DNA from: Octopus vulgaris | Lineage: Eukaryota | Length of the DNA: 64,000 nucleotides | Direction: 5' to 3' | NCBI GenBank assembly: GCA_951406725.2 | Contig: OX597822.1 | Coordinates: 70,370,001-70,434,000 of the forward strand | The notes under the pieces: model-generated | The model's database searches: none | What the model was told of the DNA's origin: nothing | What the model saw: only the letters and a program-made list of their open reading frames with translations | Program-made: the position numbers and the translations under genes | Shown: positions 26,251 through 39,800 of the stretch, in pieces | Numbering within the stretch: the first letter of the stretch is position 1 | Layout: each line of letters starts with the position of its first letter

Positions 26251-28732
26251 TTACCTATTACCATATGTACAACATTAACGTGCAGACATTCTTTTCATCA
26301 ACTGCAGTGAGCTTAATGGAATTAAACATTTTCTGTAATTGAAAATATATTGTTGAACATCTATTTTTGTGATGTAATACTGTGTTGGAATATATTTAGT
26401 GATATTAACCTCTTCATCATAGATATGTAGCACCCCTGCCTGGTTTTAGCTGAGTTTGACTTCTGATATTCTTAAACGAAGAAGAACAAATATCAGTCTA
26501 ACTCCCTTCTGTGAATTTCTTCTGTTACTTCAATACTGCCTTCATTTCAAATTTTGGTCACTTCCTCTGTTTTGGCATTATCTTTGTGGTTGGTCTTTGA
26601 TATGTGTAGCCAGTTTTGATACTATTAATTGGTGATTTATCATTGATTTCTATACTTGAGAGAGATGAGATAACATCTGAAGTTTGTGATAGACTTTATA
26701 TGATGTAAGGCACCCAACACTGCTTGTGTCAGGAAATATTAGCCATGCAGTAATACAGTAGTAAATCCAGTGGTATTCTGTATTAAACCTGGTAATTAAT
26801 ATCCAGGTAAAGCAGTAAATTACGAGTACAAAATATATATAATAGATAAATGTATCAAAGTCTTGTACAATGGTCCTTTATCAAGATGTTAAGCAAAGAA
26901 GAGTGAACATGTAAGAGAGTTAAGCATGGGAGAAGGTGGTAGGGAAATAAAGTGAAGTATGAGTGACAAGTGTGGTTGAGAGTGACAACAGGAAATAATG
27001 TAGGTGTGAAGTATGTTTATGAACAGGCAGAGGAAATAATCATGAATTACTTGTGATAAATTTTAAAACTTTGCTTTTATTTTTAAATGAGGATTAGCTT
27101 TTTCAATATCATAACCGCTGTGTTTTATGGCCTCCACACTTAACAGGAAAGGCAGAGAGCAATTAAGCCTTTCTTATGGACAGCATTATATGTTGGATAT
27201 TACTACACTCAGACACTCTAACTGGAAGTTCTGTTATCAATTTACAACTACTTGCAGTATTGTGCAATGATAGTGTTTGTTACTGCAGCTATTGTTGTAT
27301 TTAACCATTCTGACTGGCATTAGTGAAGAGTTAACTCTTCTTTCTAGTAATGTATAATTGCTATTACGTATAACTATCAGAAGCATGAAATTTGTTTTCA
27401 GTGACTGAACTCTTTCACAGACAAAGCTATTGGCATAACTGTGTAACAGTCCTTATGTATATATAAATATTTTAAGCCTAACTTCCCTTGTATAAGGCAT
27501 AAATTATACAAAAGACAGCACAGAGACTCAAGCTATAATTTAGTGACTGAAATCCCAAGTGCTGCAAGCAATTCTGGACTTGAAGTGGTTAACACCTTCA
27601 ATATAGAGAATTTGTTCCAAATACATAGCATTATTCATATAATGCTTCTTTGATTTCCAATCTAGCATTAGAAGCTCTAAAAGTGACATTAGGCGAACAA
27701 GATAAATAGAAGATTGAAAAGTAGCATGAGTTGCAGCAACAATGCCAAGAAAAACAGCAAATTTTAATAGTGTTGTTTTATTATGACTACTTATCTGATT
27801 GCAAAACAGAAACAGAAGTTCCTTGCAGTTAAAACTCTCTCCTGTAATTACATATTTATAAACTTGTTTTCGTATACATTTGAAGCTGATGAACAGTTTT
27901 GATAAAATATAATAAGGAAACAATCCAATTTTCTTAAAATGATTTACTGTTTTTTTTTGTTTTGTTTTGTTCTTTGTTTTTTTATTGATGTTAACGGTTA
28001 GGAACCAAAAGAGGAAAACCAAAATGTTTTGTGTTCATATTCTTTCACTGTGAGTAGACTAAGTACCAGTTATATCTTGTGTCCAACTCTATCAATTACA
28101 ACAACATTCTTTCCTACAAAACTGGTTGTGCACTTCATAAACCACCACCACCACCACCACCACTACTATAATGGCAATCATCCTTGCTGAGTGTGGCAGC
28201 AGGAGTAACATATCATTTTCATTGTAGTGTTAGGTGTCATTATTATTTTCATTATAACTGTATAATACAAAACGATTCATGTTCCATTACTGCTGTAATT
28301 AAGGGGATCTTGTGATTGGAAGTGGTAGAAACAACACATTAGAACAAGACATTACAGAAAATGTAAAGCAATTTGTTTTGCTTTATTATTTTTTTTTTAA
28401 TATTTATTTTGCTTTAATAAAAGTATAAGATTATCAATACAACTAGTTTTTGCTAAGGTCCTTAGTGTATGGCAAAAGTAGGGAAAACAGGAAAAGAAAC
28501 GGTAAAACACTGCTATTTCTCTTGAATAACCTGTGGTGGTAAAAATTAATTTAATTCCAAGACAATATAAATTAGCTACATTTCTCTTGAAATAATGGAA
28601 AACAAGTAATATTTTATTTTATTGTTTGAGCTGGTTCAAAGGACTTCTATTCCATTAGTTTTGTTGTCTGTGGTGTGTTTTTGTGTACTAGAGAAAAGAG
28701 AGAGAGAGGAGGGGAGAAGTGTGTCAGGAAGG

Positions 28733-28960
28733 AACATCAAAACATAATGATTTTCTGCTGTCTTTTCTTTGTCCTGTAGGGTTATGATGTGCCAATCATA
28801 TGCGAATTTAATTTCTTATAGTTACTTTTATAAACCTATTGTTGGGGCAAATTTTCTTGTCTGGTTGGTGTAGGTTGGACCACTTACCCAACAGTTGTGT
28901 CATGATAATCACCCTCAGCTGTTGATCTTACTTTTTTGTTTTTGACTTCACCTGGTGATC
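28733..28960. repeat. Copy 2 of the duplicated segment (see 26031-26250)
   Basis: Same shared blocks in the same order. Confidence 0.8.
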
Positions 28961-29847
28961 TCTGTTTTGCAGTACTTCTGGCTGCTTAGCTATTGTTTCC
29001 CCTCTCCTTTGTTATATTTCTGGCTGCCCCTTAACTATTGCTGTATTTCCCCGGTTGCTAAAATCAATTTTCGAAAGTGTCAGTTAATGACAAAGTTTCA
29101 GTTAAAATAGTTACGCAAAGAGAAAAAGTACCTGGAAATCAGAATACATTTCAAACATAATTGGTGTGAGATGGTACAGCATCTGCTTTAAAAAGAAATT
29201 GAATCTCCAAGTATCATACAAATGAAAACCACAGGAGTTGCTCTCAAAAAAGACACATGAAATGTTTAAACGAGATTATTTGTTTCCTAAAAACAATTAT
29301 TTTTATACTATTGATTATTGACCTTAAATTTCAGCTTATCTGCAGTTTATATATAAGTTGCACAAACATTTTTATTTGAGTAACCATGGTGATTTGCAGT
29401 TTATATATTTTGCTACTGAACAATAACCCTCTCCAACCTTTAATCTCCCAAATCAACATTCATAATTGCCAAACAACTAGATAGAATCACAAAAATTCCA
29501 ATGGACAGTGTTTTTTGATGTAGAACCATATTCCCAATGGAATGCAAATTGCTCTACCAAACTTGCTTGAGGCACAGATCCCATTGTGAAGTTTTTCCCC
29601 AGAAGTTCTAAATCCCAAGTCAATTCAAGTTGAAGCCATTCTGCCATATCATCATCTTGCATTGTAAAACTGAAATTGTATCGGAGTAACTACTAGATAG
29701 AATCATAAAAAAATGCACACCAATGATAAAGTATCACTAATTGAGGGAATTTGAAGAAATTTTATGAAAAACTTAAGAACTTTGCAACATTTCTACTATG
29801 GATATAAAAAGCCACAATATTCCTATAATGGAAACTATGTATATAAT

Positions 29848-30196
29848 GGTTTCACATTTTGTAGTTTTTGAGGAGAGGGGGGGGGGGAATCAATTACATT
29901 GATTCCAGTACTTGATTGGTACTTATTTATTGACTGTGAAAGGATGAGGGGCAAAGACGACCTTAGCAGAATTTGAGCTCAGAATGTGAAGATGGATGAA
30001 ATGCCGCTAAGCATTTTGTCTGGCAGCCTAAAGGTTCTGTCAGTTCACTGCCTTGAAACTATGTACGTAATATTGGTTTCAAATTTTGACACAAGGCCAG
30101 CAATTTCGTGGAGGGAGTAAGTCAACTGGTACTTATTTTATCAACTCTTAAAAGATGAAAGGCAAAGTCAACCTTGGCGACATTTGAACTCAGAAC
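29848..30196 (-). mobile_element. Two adjacent family B SINEs (29848-30054; 5'-truncated 30073-30196)
   Basis: Family B reverse complement twice, bounded by three copies of aactatgta. Confidence 0.85.
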
Positions 30197-30417
30197 TATG
30201 TACATATTACTGGATGTAGTTTATACACATTGTACATAATATAGGACATGGAGTATGCACACTTTTCAGTTAAAAGACGCAATATGTCAAGAAACACCTT
30301 TAGAAGGTTTAAGTGGGGTAATGAAAATTCTTTGCCCACAATGCAAAAATATAAACCAAAAATGAATGAAGTAGCCATGGGATCCCATTTTAGAGGCTAT
30401 ATTTGCAGCACTGAGTA

Positions 30418-30631
30418 TGGCGGCAAGCTAGCAGAAATGTTAGCATGTTCAGCAAAATGCTTAGCAGTATTCCGTCTGTCTTTATGTTCTGAGTTCAAAT
30501 TCTGCCAAGGTCGATTTTGCCTTTCATCCTTTTCAGGGTCGATAAATTAAGTACCAGTTGTGAACTGGGGTCGATCTAATCAACTGGTCCCCTCCTCCAA
30601 AATTTCTGGCCTTGTGCCTAGAGTAGAAAAG
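30418..30631 (+). mobile_element. Family B SINE with 13-bp TSD
   Basis: tatatttgcagca at 30398-30410 and 30632-30644; the 3' junction (34 bp) is duplicated again at 30667-30700. Confidence 0.9.
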
Positions 30632-31579
30632 TATATTTGCAGCATTCTTTATAGGGAGCATATAGGGAGTAGAAAAGTATATTTGCAGCATTCTTTATAG
30701 TCTACCAGGTACATTGACAAATATATTCACTGTGATAGATATGGAAAAACTAACCAAATTTCAAAAATAAAAGGCACACATATACATTCACTCCTGACCC
30801 TCCACTCATGAAATTCTTCTACAAAATTGTCAATTACCAAATTTCATTAATAAATCATTAGTCTTTTCAAGGCTATGATAGAAGTTGCTCATTGTATTGT
30901 GCATCAAAAGCTTACACCAAACCCCTATTATTGCGGAGTGAACTTGTGAACCCCACAGACCTGCCTCTCCATTTATCTGTCTGTGTGTACTTTTATGAGT
31001 GTGCGTATGTCTGTGTGCCTATGTATATATATGTGTACTTAAACACACGTCTATGTGTACATTGTGTGCGAATGTATATACATGTGTGTATGTACACACA
31101 CACACACACACGCATGTTTGCATACATATATGTATGTAAATATTATGTGTATGTATGCGTGTGCACATGCATGCACAAACGCACACACATGATAATGCAT
31201 ACAATACCGCATCTTTCCAATGCATAAATGCTTCATCACAAAGTGCTCAATATGCCACAATATTATATACAATACAGCTATTTAAGTCTCTCTGTGGTTA
31301 TACATTTAAATATAATGGGAACAATGCAATCTATATCAGGAGGCATTAAATCAAATATCTATTAAAATTGCACCAGACATTAGGTCTGCTATTTAACATG
31401 CCACCACGACACCTTACAGTTTATGTATATGTGTGTGTGTGTGTGTGTACATATATACACATACACACATGTATATATAGTGTGTGTGTAATGTGTGTGT
31501 ATATATGTATGTGTCTGTGTGCATGTATATATGTATATACATGCACACATACATACATATATATATATATACACACATG

Positions 31580-31615
31580 TATATAATGTGTGTGTGTGTG
31601 TCTTTATAATGTGTG

Positions 31616-31655
<40 letters not shown>

Positions 31656-31755
31656 GTGTTCATGTATATATATATATATATATATATAATATATGTATAT
31701 ATATATATATATATATAATGTATATGTGTATGTATATATATATATATATAATGTG

Positions 31756-31792
<37 letters not shown>

Positions 31793-31866
31793 ACATGTAT
31801 ATATATATATATATAATGTACACACTATAATTATATAATAATATATATATATATATATATAATGTG

Positions 31867-31897
<31 letters not shown>

Positions 31898-32026
31898 AAT
31901 GTGTACATGTATATATATATATATATATAATGTGTACATGTAATATATATATATATATGTGTACATGTATATATATATATATATATATATAATAATACAT
32001 ATATATATATATATATATATAATGTG

Positions 32027-32065
<39 letters not shown>
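31580..32065. repeat. Compound satellite: ataatgtgtacatgt units separated by variable (AT)n
   Basis: About a dozen recurrences of aatgtgtacatg(ta)n. Confidence 0.9.
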
Positions 32066-32069
<4 letters not shown>

Positions 32070-32645
32070 TTGAAGTGTGTATGTATATGTATAAGTGTGT
32101 ATATATATATATATATATAATATATATACATACATATATATTTGTGTGTGTGTGTGTGTGTATGTATAAAATGTGTGCGTGCATATACATATATATATGT
32201 ATATAATGTTTGTTTACAAATATGTATGTGTATGTTTGTATAAATATCATAATGTTGTGAGTCTTCAACATATTCGGGGGTACATTAAACATTGAATAAA
32301 CACTGTCTGATGCAGAACTCCATGCAAAATGTAGAAGAGATATATAAATTTTTATACCCTGAAGTTGTAACAGTAATTTATTAGTTTTACTCTGTGAACT
32401 GCTGCTCTCTGTGATCTCATCATCATTATTCACTTCTGCATTTCATGCTGGCATGGATCGGATGGTATGACAGGTTGGAAGGTCATGGCTTGCTCGGATG
32501 TCTCAGTTTTGGCATGGTTTCTGCAACTGGATGCTCTTCTTGACACCAACCTTTTAAACACAGTGTACTAGGTGCAGAAGTATACTTACCTGTCATACGG
32601 CAGGTAGGTAGGTGTGTGTACACCTACCCACACCCACGCTTATAT

Positions 32646-33346
32646 TTTCTTTCACCTGTTTCAGTCATTTGATTGTGGCCATGCTGGAGCACTGCCTTGA
32701 TGAATTGTCCTTGGACAGATATTTTTTTTTTTAACTCAGTACTTATTCTATCGATCTCTTTTCCCAAACTGCTCAGTTACAGAGGCGTAAACACATCAAC
32801 GCCAGTTGTCAAGTGGTGATGAGGTGTGTGTGTGGGGGTGGGGTGGGGTGGGGGGGGCAAACACTGACACAAAAGCACACATACATTCATATACAATGGG
32901 CTTATTCCAGTTTTTGTCTATCAAATCCACTCACAAAGCTTTGGTTGGCCCGAGGCTATAGTAGATGACACTTGCCCATGGTGTCATGCCGTGGGATTGA
33001 ACCTGGGACCAAACCTTACAGCCATGCTAAATATAAAGCTTTAGTGTTTACTTGTGTCAGTTCTTGGACTGTGGCCATGCTGGAGCACTGCCTTGAAAAG
33101 GTTTTGGTTAAATTAATTAAGCCCAGTACTTTATTAGGCCAGGTACTTATTCTGTTGTCCACTTCTGTTAAACCATTATGTCACAGGGATATAAACAAAC
33201 CAACACCTGCTGTCAAGTGGTGCTGAGGGATAAACGCAATGCATATGTGCCTCCCCGCTTCACACACACAAACCGCTTCTTTAAGTTTCCATTGAGCATA
33301 TCCACCTATAAGGCGTAGGTCAGCCTGGGGCTATAGTAGAAAACAC
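32646..33346 (-). mobile_element. Two adjacent family A SINE copies (32646-33027, 33046-33346)
   Basis: cagtcattt/gactgtggccatgctggagcactgcc twice, each followed by the family A body. Confidence 0.85.
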
Positions 33347-33775
33347 TAGGTGTGTGTGTATGTATATGAGTGTGTATTTATATTTATAGTTCCACATTTG
33401 GTTATTTAGATTTCGTATTCCCAACCATTGAAGTTGTAATCATATTTGTTACTTTTCCTTTGGCACTGAGTACTGTTTTGACTTTCCTCTCTGTACTTGA
33501 GTACACTATGCAGATATATAGAAGCACACACTCACACACACACACACACGTTTGTGTGTCTGTGTGTGTACATGCATGTTTGTGCTCCTCTCTCACTCTG
33601 TGTACACAACACCTGAGTGAGTGGATAAATGAAAGAAAGTGGTACTCAACTCACCAATTATTTAATATCATTTAATAAGAGTCTGATGCAGTTCCATGCA
33701 ACTTAGTTTAGTAGGCTAGTCAGAAGAACCCAACCCATCAGGCACAGAGGTGTGAATGAAACTATTATTAAATAT

Positions 33776-33886
33776 GTGTGGCTGTGTGGTAAGAAGCTTG
33801 CTTCCCAACCACATGGTTCTGGATTCAGTCCCACTGACCAAAGCCTTGTGAGTGTATTTGGTAGACGGAAACTGAAAGAAGCCCTT

Positions 33887-33937
<51 letters not shown>

Positions 33938-34150
33938 GTGTGTGTGTGTGTGTTGTTTATCCTCCCACTATAGCTTGACAACTGATGTTGGTTTGGTGTG
34001 TTTACATCCCTGTAACTTAATGGTTTGGCAAACGAGACCAATAGAATAAGTACTAGGCTTTCAAAGAATAAGTCCTGGGGTCAATTTCTTTGACTAAAGG
34101 TGGTGCTCCATCATGGCTGTAGTCAAATGACTGAAATGTGTAAAAGAGTA
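33776..34150 (+). mobile_element. tRNA-derived SINE family A
   Basis: gtggctgtgtggtaagaagcttgcttcccaaccac head; tail aaatgactgaaat..gtaaaagagt. Confidence 0.9.
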
Positions 34151-34210
34151 TATATATATATATATATATGTATATTTGTTTGTGTGTGATTTCTTTTCAT
34201 TGGTATCTAG

Positions 34211-34365
34211 CAGTGGTTTCCAACCTTTTCACTACCAAGGACCCCTTTCATTTTAAATGAATTTTCCCGTGGACCCCAGGATATCGAAAGGCCTGTCAGC
34301 TTAACATGTTCATTGACCCCTCCCCCCCAGTACTACCTTCGCAGACTACAGGTTGGGAACCACTG
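34211..34365. mobile_element. hAT/Charlie-type MITE (155 bp)
   Basis: TIRs CAGTGGTTTCCAACCT / AGGTTGGGAACCACTG; 8-bp flanks gtatctag / gtatatac (6/8 match). Confidence 0.85.
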
Positions 34366-35197
34366 GTATATACCTACAAATTGTGCAAGTGTAGCAAGTC
34401 GACTCCGATGAAAATTTGAATTTGGATCATAAAGAATGTCACTAAATCAAAGAATTTTTCTGTGGGAATATACCATTTTATTCTACTCCCATTTTCTTTA
34501 AAATGTGCTTTCACATTTTCTTTCCCTTTTCTCGTGCTCCTTAGGTTGACTGTCTTTCTTTCCAGCAAGGCTACTACTGTATACTGTTGGCATTAGTATC
34601 TTTTACTTTTGGTGTGTCTCTTCTACTGACTACTACTACTCTCCTGCTGTCCAATAGTATTACCATTCTAACATGCTTTACTACCTCTTTGGCTTCTCTT
34701 TATACTGTAAATTCTCAATCTGTAAATTAATCTTTTGAAATCATCTTCACCATCATTTTTGTCAGCAGTTCAGTTTTTTTTTTTAACTTCAATTTTCTTT
34801 TTTTTTTAAACTTCAATTTTTTTTTTCAAAAGTTTGATCGAAACAAATATAAATATAGAATAAAAAAAGAGAATAAAGAATGGAAATAGCAAAAAAATAA
34901 ATAAGTAAAAAATAGTAAAAATACAATAATGACTAAAATATAAGAAAAAATTGTAAAAGCCAAACCCCAGAAGAAAACATTCTTCTTAATTCTTGATATT
35001 TATATTTATAACACCCACCCCCACCCCAACAAAAAAAAAAACAAAGAAAGAAAAAAAAAAAGTTGCTTCTGACTCTTCATAGTTTCCTCTTTCTGCAGCA
35101 GCAGAAGAAATATAACGACTGCAATGTTTATATATAGGTTGGCATGTTCATGAAGTAGCCATTAATAATAATAATAATAATGATAATAACAACAACA

Positions 35198-35484
35198 ACC
35201 AGAGCAAGTAAAATGGAAATAATAATAATAATAATAACCAGAACAAGTAAAATGGAAATGATGACGACGGCGACGACCAGAACAAGTAAAATGGAAATGA
35301 TAATAATGATGATGATGATGATAATAATGATAATAATAATAATAACAATAATAACCAGAACAAGTAAAATGGAAATGATAATAATGATGATAATAATAAT
35401 AATAATAATAATAACTAGAGCAAGTAAAATGAAAATGATGATGATGATGATAATAATAATAACTAGAGCAAGTAAAATGGAAAT
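35198..35484. repeat. Six copies of a 23-bp unit (acyagarcaagtaaaatggaaat) separated by trinucleotide tracts
   Basis: Units start at 35198, 35237, 35276, 35354, 35414 and 35462. Confidence 0.95.
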
Positions 35485-35852
35485 GATGATGATGATGATG
35501 ATAATAATAATAATAATAATTGTAGCAAATATTAATGTTTATAACGATGGTAACAATAGTTATCATCATTTTAAAAAATATAAGAAAACTGGAGAGTTAT
35601 TGATGGGGAAGGATACATATCTTTTTGATATTGTTGTTCTGCTGGAAAAGAAAAAAAGAAATGTGAAGTGTGTGTTAGGAATTATTGGCACCAAACTATT
35701 GTGGAAATAAAAGATAAATTTTAAGCAAGGAAGAATGAAAAAAAAGCGTAAAAAAACCCCAAAAAAACTTAGTCTTTTGGAGTTAAGGTTACATTTTTCT
35801 CTTCTTTATTTTCTACTTGAAAAAGAGGAAAAATAAAATGAGATTATTATTA

Positions 35853-35911
<59 letters not shown>

Positions 35912-36506
35912 ATTGTAGAAAGTGACATACAAAAGTATTATGAACTTTATAACATCTAGTAGAAGCTACTGCCAACATCCTCCGTCCTCTCCTCCTCCTC
36001 CTCCTCCTCCTCCTCATCATCATCATCATCACCAGTACTTGCTCCACATGGTCTTGTAATTAGGTTTTCTGACCCTGGAGGCCTGTCCTCTTCCTCCCCC
36101 CCTCCTCATCACCAACACTGCTGCCAACCACACTTACCACAGTCATCCTCATTTTCCTTTATTGTCATTGTAATCATTACTGCTTGTCTTGTCATTTCCC
36201 TAATTGTCACCACCACCACCACCACCCTCACCCCTGTCATAGTCATCCTCATTTTCTTTCATTGTAATCATTTCCAGTCATTTCTCTCTTCATCTTCATA
36301 ATTATTGTTGCCATGCTCTTTGTGTGTGATACCTACTAGTGTATTCAGATTTCCCTCCACTCTCTCTCTCTCTCTTTCATATGTATGAATGGTTACAACC
36401 GAATGGTATTAAATATGCATTTGATGCTTAGTTGAGGTGGTTTGAGTTGTTATTTTAGTGCCTTACACACTACATAGTTTTCATGTCTACAAGTTTTATT
36501 GACACA

Positions 36507-36742
36507 CAGCAATTCCTCGCCATATCGTGGTTCACCTAGCGCACTCTCAGTACATCGCGCTTCACCTATCGCACACTCAGTGCATCATGGATTTTTATGG
36601 CTAATACATGTAAATTCATATTCCGAGCTCCTCAGTATATTGCAGGTTTCTGCGGCTGATAGGTATTTATATTTTTTTAGATTTTAATTATTTCTGTGGG
36701 AGGTTTTAGAACATAACACCCATGATAGTCAAGGTATTACTG
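36507..36742 (-). mobile_element. Tigger/pogo-type MITE, older inverted relative of 41682-41882
   Basis: Ends cagcaattcctcgccatatcgtggttcac and acacccatgatagtcaaggtattactg match the two ends of the 41.7-kb element. Confidence 0.75.
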
Positions 36743-39017
36743 TTGGTATTTAGTCTTCCCATTTTCAGTGTTTATGTCTGGGTACATATTCACTGTGTGC
36801 CCTCAGCAGATGTACTCTTTTACTGCCTTAATTTCATCATTTCCTACCTCTATTCAGTCTTGTGCTACCTCCTCAGCCCACATGCATTTTTGTTTTCATG
36901 CTGTTCATTTTAAGAGAGCTCAGTTTAGTTAAATGATTTGGGCCAAGATGGAAAATAAAGGTGCGATCAAGAAAGAATTTGAAGTGCATTGTGACCAGCA
37001 ATGTATAGCAAAATCTGATAGTTTGGCTAATACAAGTGACATACTCACATACTCACAAATCTTGCAGTGTAATATATTCATCGTCATTATTATTTAATGT
37101 TCCCTTTTCCATGCTGGCATGGTTTGGACAATTATGGCTCCATCTGTTGAATATTGTTATATTGTCATATAAGTTCATTGGTGACTGTCACATTTAACTA
37201 GCATTTAATGCTGTATGTCCATGGATCTAACCATGCAGTTTTATTGTATAAAAGCCATATTTTAATGCGTAGCCATTTTATCAAGGGATTGCCCTAAATA
37301 CTTTTTTATATGAGATTGACCAGGGGTTAAGCTACCAGTTCACTTTTCCTAACAGTTTAGGTATAGATGTTATTACAGTCTTGCGTGTACCTGTTTCATT
37401 GACCGATTAAATTTTTTTTTTATAGAATGCTGTTGAATCCAATAAATAAAAATTCATCAGTGATGTTGTCTTGCTGGACTCCTCATTGAGAATAGCTTAA
37501 CCTGTAATATAAAGAGTTAATATGAAAGCAGCATGAAAGATTTAACAGGAAAAGTAACAATTTAGAACGGCTGGAAATTTTATGTCTCTGTAGAGTCTAG
37601 TTCAGATACAGAGCTTCCAAATTATGGAGGAAGAACATTTTTATTTCCATATAAGCCAGTTCTCTTCTCTACAGTACTGAAAAACCAAATTAACCCTCAT
37701 TGTACTAATTAAAATTTTGCTGGTGATAAAACATGCTAATCAATATGCAAATCAGTTCACACAACCTCTGTCTATTGACCAGTAAAAATAAAATGTACTT
37801 ATTGCATCAGCACTCCACTAAGAAAAACGAGTTAACTCAGTTGCCATGTTTCAGGTGCATATGTATGGAACTGAATATAGTTGGTTGTTACATGGTAAGG
37901 GTTAAGTACTAAATATTTGATGCCAGCAGAAATATCAAAATGGTACAGTAGCTAATGTTGAATTGCCTCAGAAACTATCTTTCTCTCTGCATTATCTGCA
38001 TTCATGTGCTAATCTAACTATGAAGATGTGAAATCTCTTACAGCTGTTTTGTCCTTTATTAAAAGGTCAAAAAAAAATTTCTTATTCAAGACCGACTTGG
38101 AGATGGTTGCAGCAAAAATTAAGCCATTTTCTCTACAACTGAATGCAAATTGTATACATTCTCAGGCTCAAACAATTGATTGTCAATCGCAAATACATTA
38201 GATAAGTTTAGATCTTCATCAGTTAAAATGTCAATCAGCGCCCAATCTCTCTGATAAGAATGAAATATCAGTATTGATGAAGAACAAATGATTGATTGAC
38301 CATTTAGTTATATAATCTCTCTTAGTTTTTCCCTGTTGTTGAACCCTCAAGTCAGGCCTGATAAAACACGCTTGTGTTCAAAATCATGTTTATTTTTTAC
38401 AATTTTGTTTAGAGATGGGGGTAGCCTTGTGTCCTGGTGGTCATTAAATCTAACATTAATTGTATTTGTTTTATCACAAGCTCTTGGAGACTAGATTAAA
38501 AAGCATGCACTCTCCACACTTAGGACCTGAAGGTATTATTTTCAGAAAAGACTTAGCAACATAGTAGATAGTAGTGCAAAATGGATATTTGTATGAATGC
38601 ATCAAATAACGAATAATGTGCTTGCTCTCTTCCCACCTTGTGTGTGTGTGGGGGTGGGTGGTTGGGTGAGTGTAGTGGTTATAAAGGGAAAGGTAATATT
38701 TATGTGTTTCATTGAAAAGGTGATGTGAAGGAGCATTGTTCCAGTACGCAAATCTTTCTATAGTTACATACTGGGTATGTTTGAAATTGCTACTCCTTCT
38801 CGATTTTTTTTTTTTTTTGTTTTTTTTATCTTTTTTCAATTTTTTTTCTTCTTTATTTTCTCTTTATTTTGTATTCCATTTATAGATGTAATCGAAAAAC
38901 AGACATTTACAACTATGGTGATAATATTGGTGTCTGTTGTGGTTCTTGTTTAAATACTATTATTGTCCCTTTCTCCTCTTGTTACTCCTGCATTCTCTCT
39001 TCCCCATCTCACTCTTG

Positions 39018-39052
<35 letters not shown>

Positions 39053-39399
39053 ATACACACACACACACACATGGACAGACGGAGGTGTCATTTGCCTGTT
39101 TAGTATTTATAAAGTTATGTCTATGTAATATAATTCAGAAGTGGTTGGGTCCGCCCCAGCCATCTTCACCTCTTAATATAGGTGTGATGTTACCACCATG
39201 TATCTTCTATTCAACACTGCTACAGTTTCTCTGTTTGAAAACCTTTCTCAAAAGAAATACTACAATAAATAAATAAATAAATAAAAATCAGTCTCCCAGA
39301 GGGTTACAGTCATTCATTCATTCATTCTTTCTTTCTTTCTTTCTTTCCTTCCTCCTCCCCTCCTACACCTTGTATGTATTGTAAATTTTAATTGTAATC

Positions 39400-39800
39400 A
39401 TGACAGTACCTTCAGGTTCCTTGCTCCTTTCATGTCTCTTCTTTGCTTCTCTCATTCTTTTCTCTTGTTCTCCTGCTTTCCCTCCACTCTCTCTCTCTCT
39501 CTCTCTCTCTTTTCACTTATCTCCTCATTCTCTCCTTTCTCTGCATCTCCTTAGGCCCCTTTCTCTCCCTCTCTCTCCTTAACTTCCCTTTATTGCTATC
39601 ATTACTCTTTTTTTTTTCTTCTCACCTTTCCTTTTTCTTTCCCCCCCTGCTTCTTCTATGCTACCCACCCCCATACATTTTCCTTACCTCTTGCATCTCT
39701 CTTTCTCCATCGCACCTCATAATTATTTGTCCCACCTCTTTTCTCATATATCTCTCCCCCCCTCTCTCTCTCTCTTCCCCCTACCTATCACCTTGCCCTC
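39400..39800. repeat. Long polypyrimidine (CT-rich) low-complexity tract; similar tracts at 60370-60790 and 63230-63470
   Basis: Near-pure C/T composition on the + strand. Confidence 0.85.

Noticed and set aside
35198-35484. CRISPR-like repeat-spacer array
   Set aside because: Eukaryotic context, spacers are (AAT)/(GAT) microsatellites of variable length, repeat is not palindromic, no cas genes.
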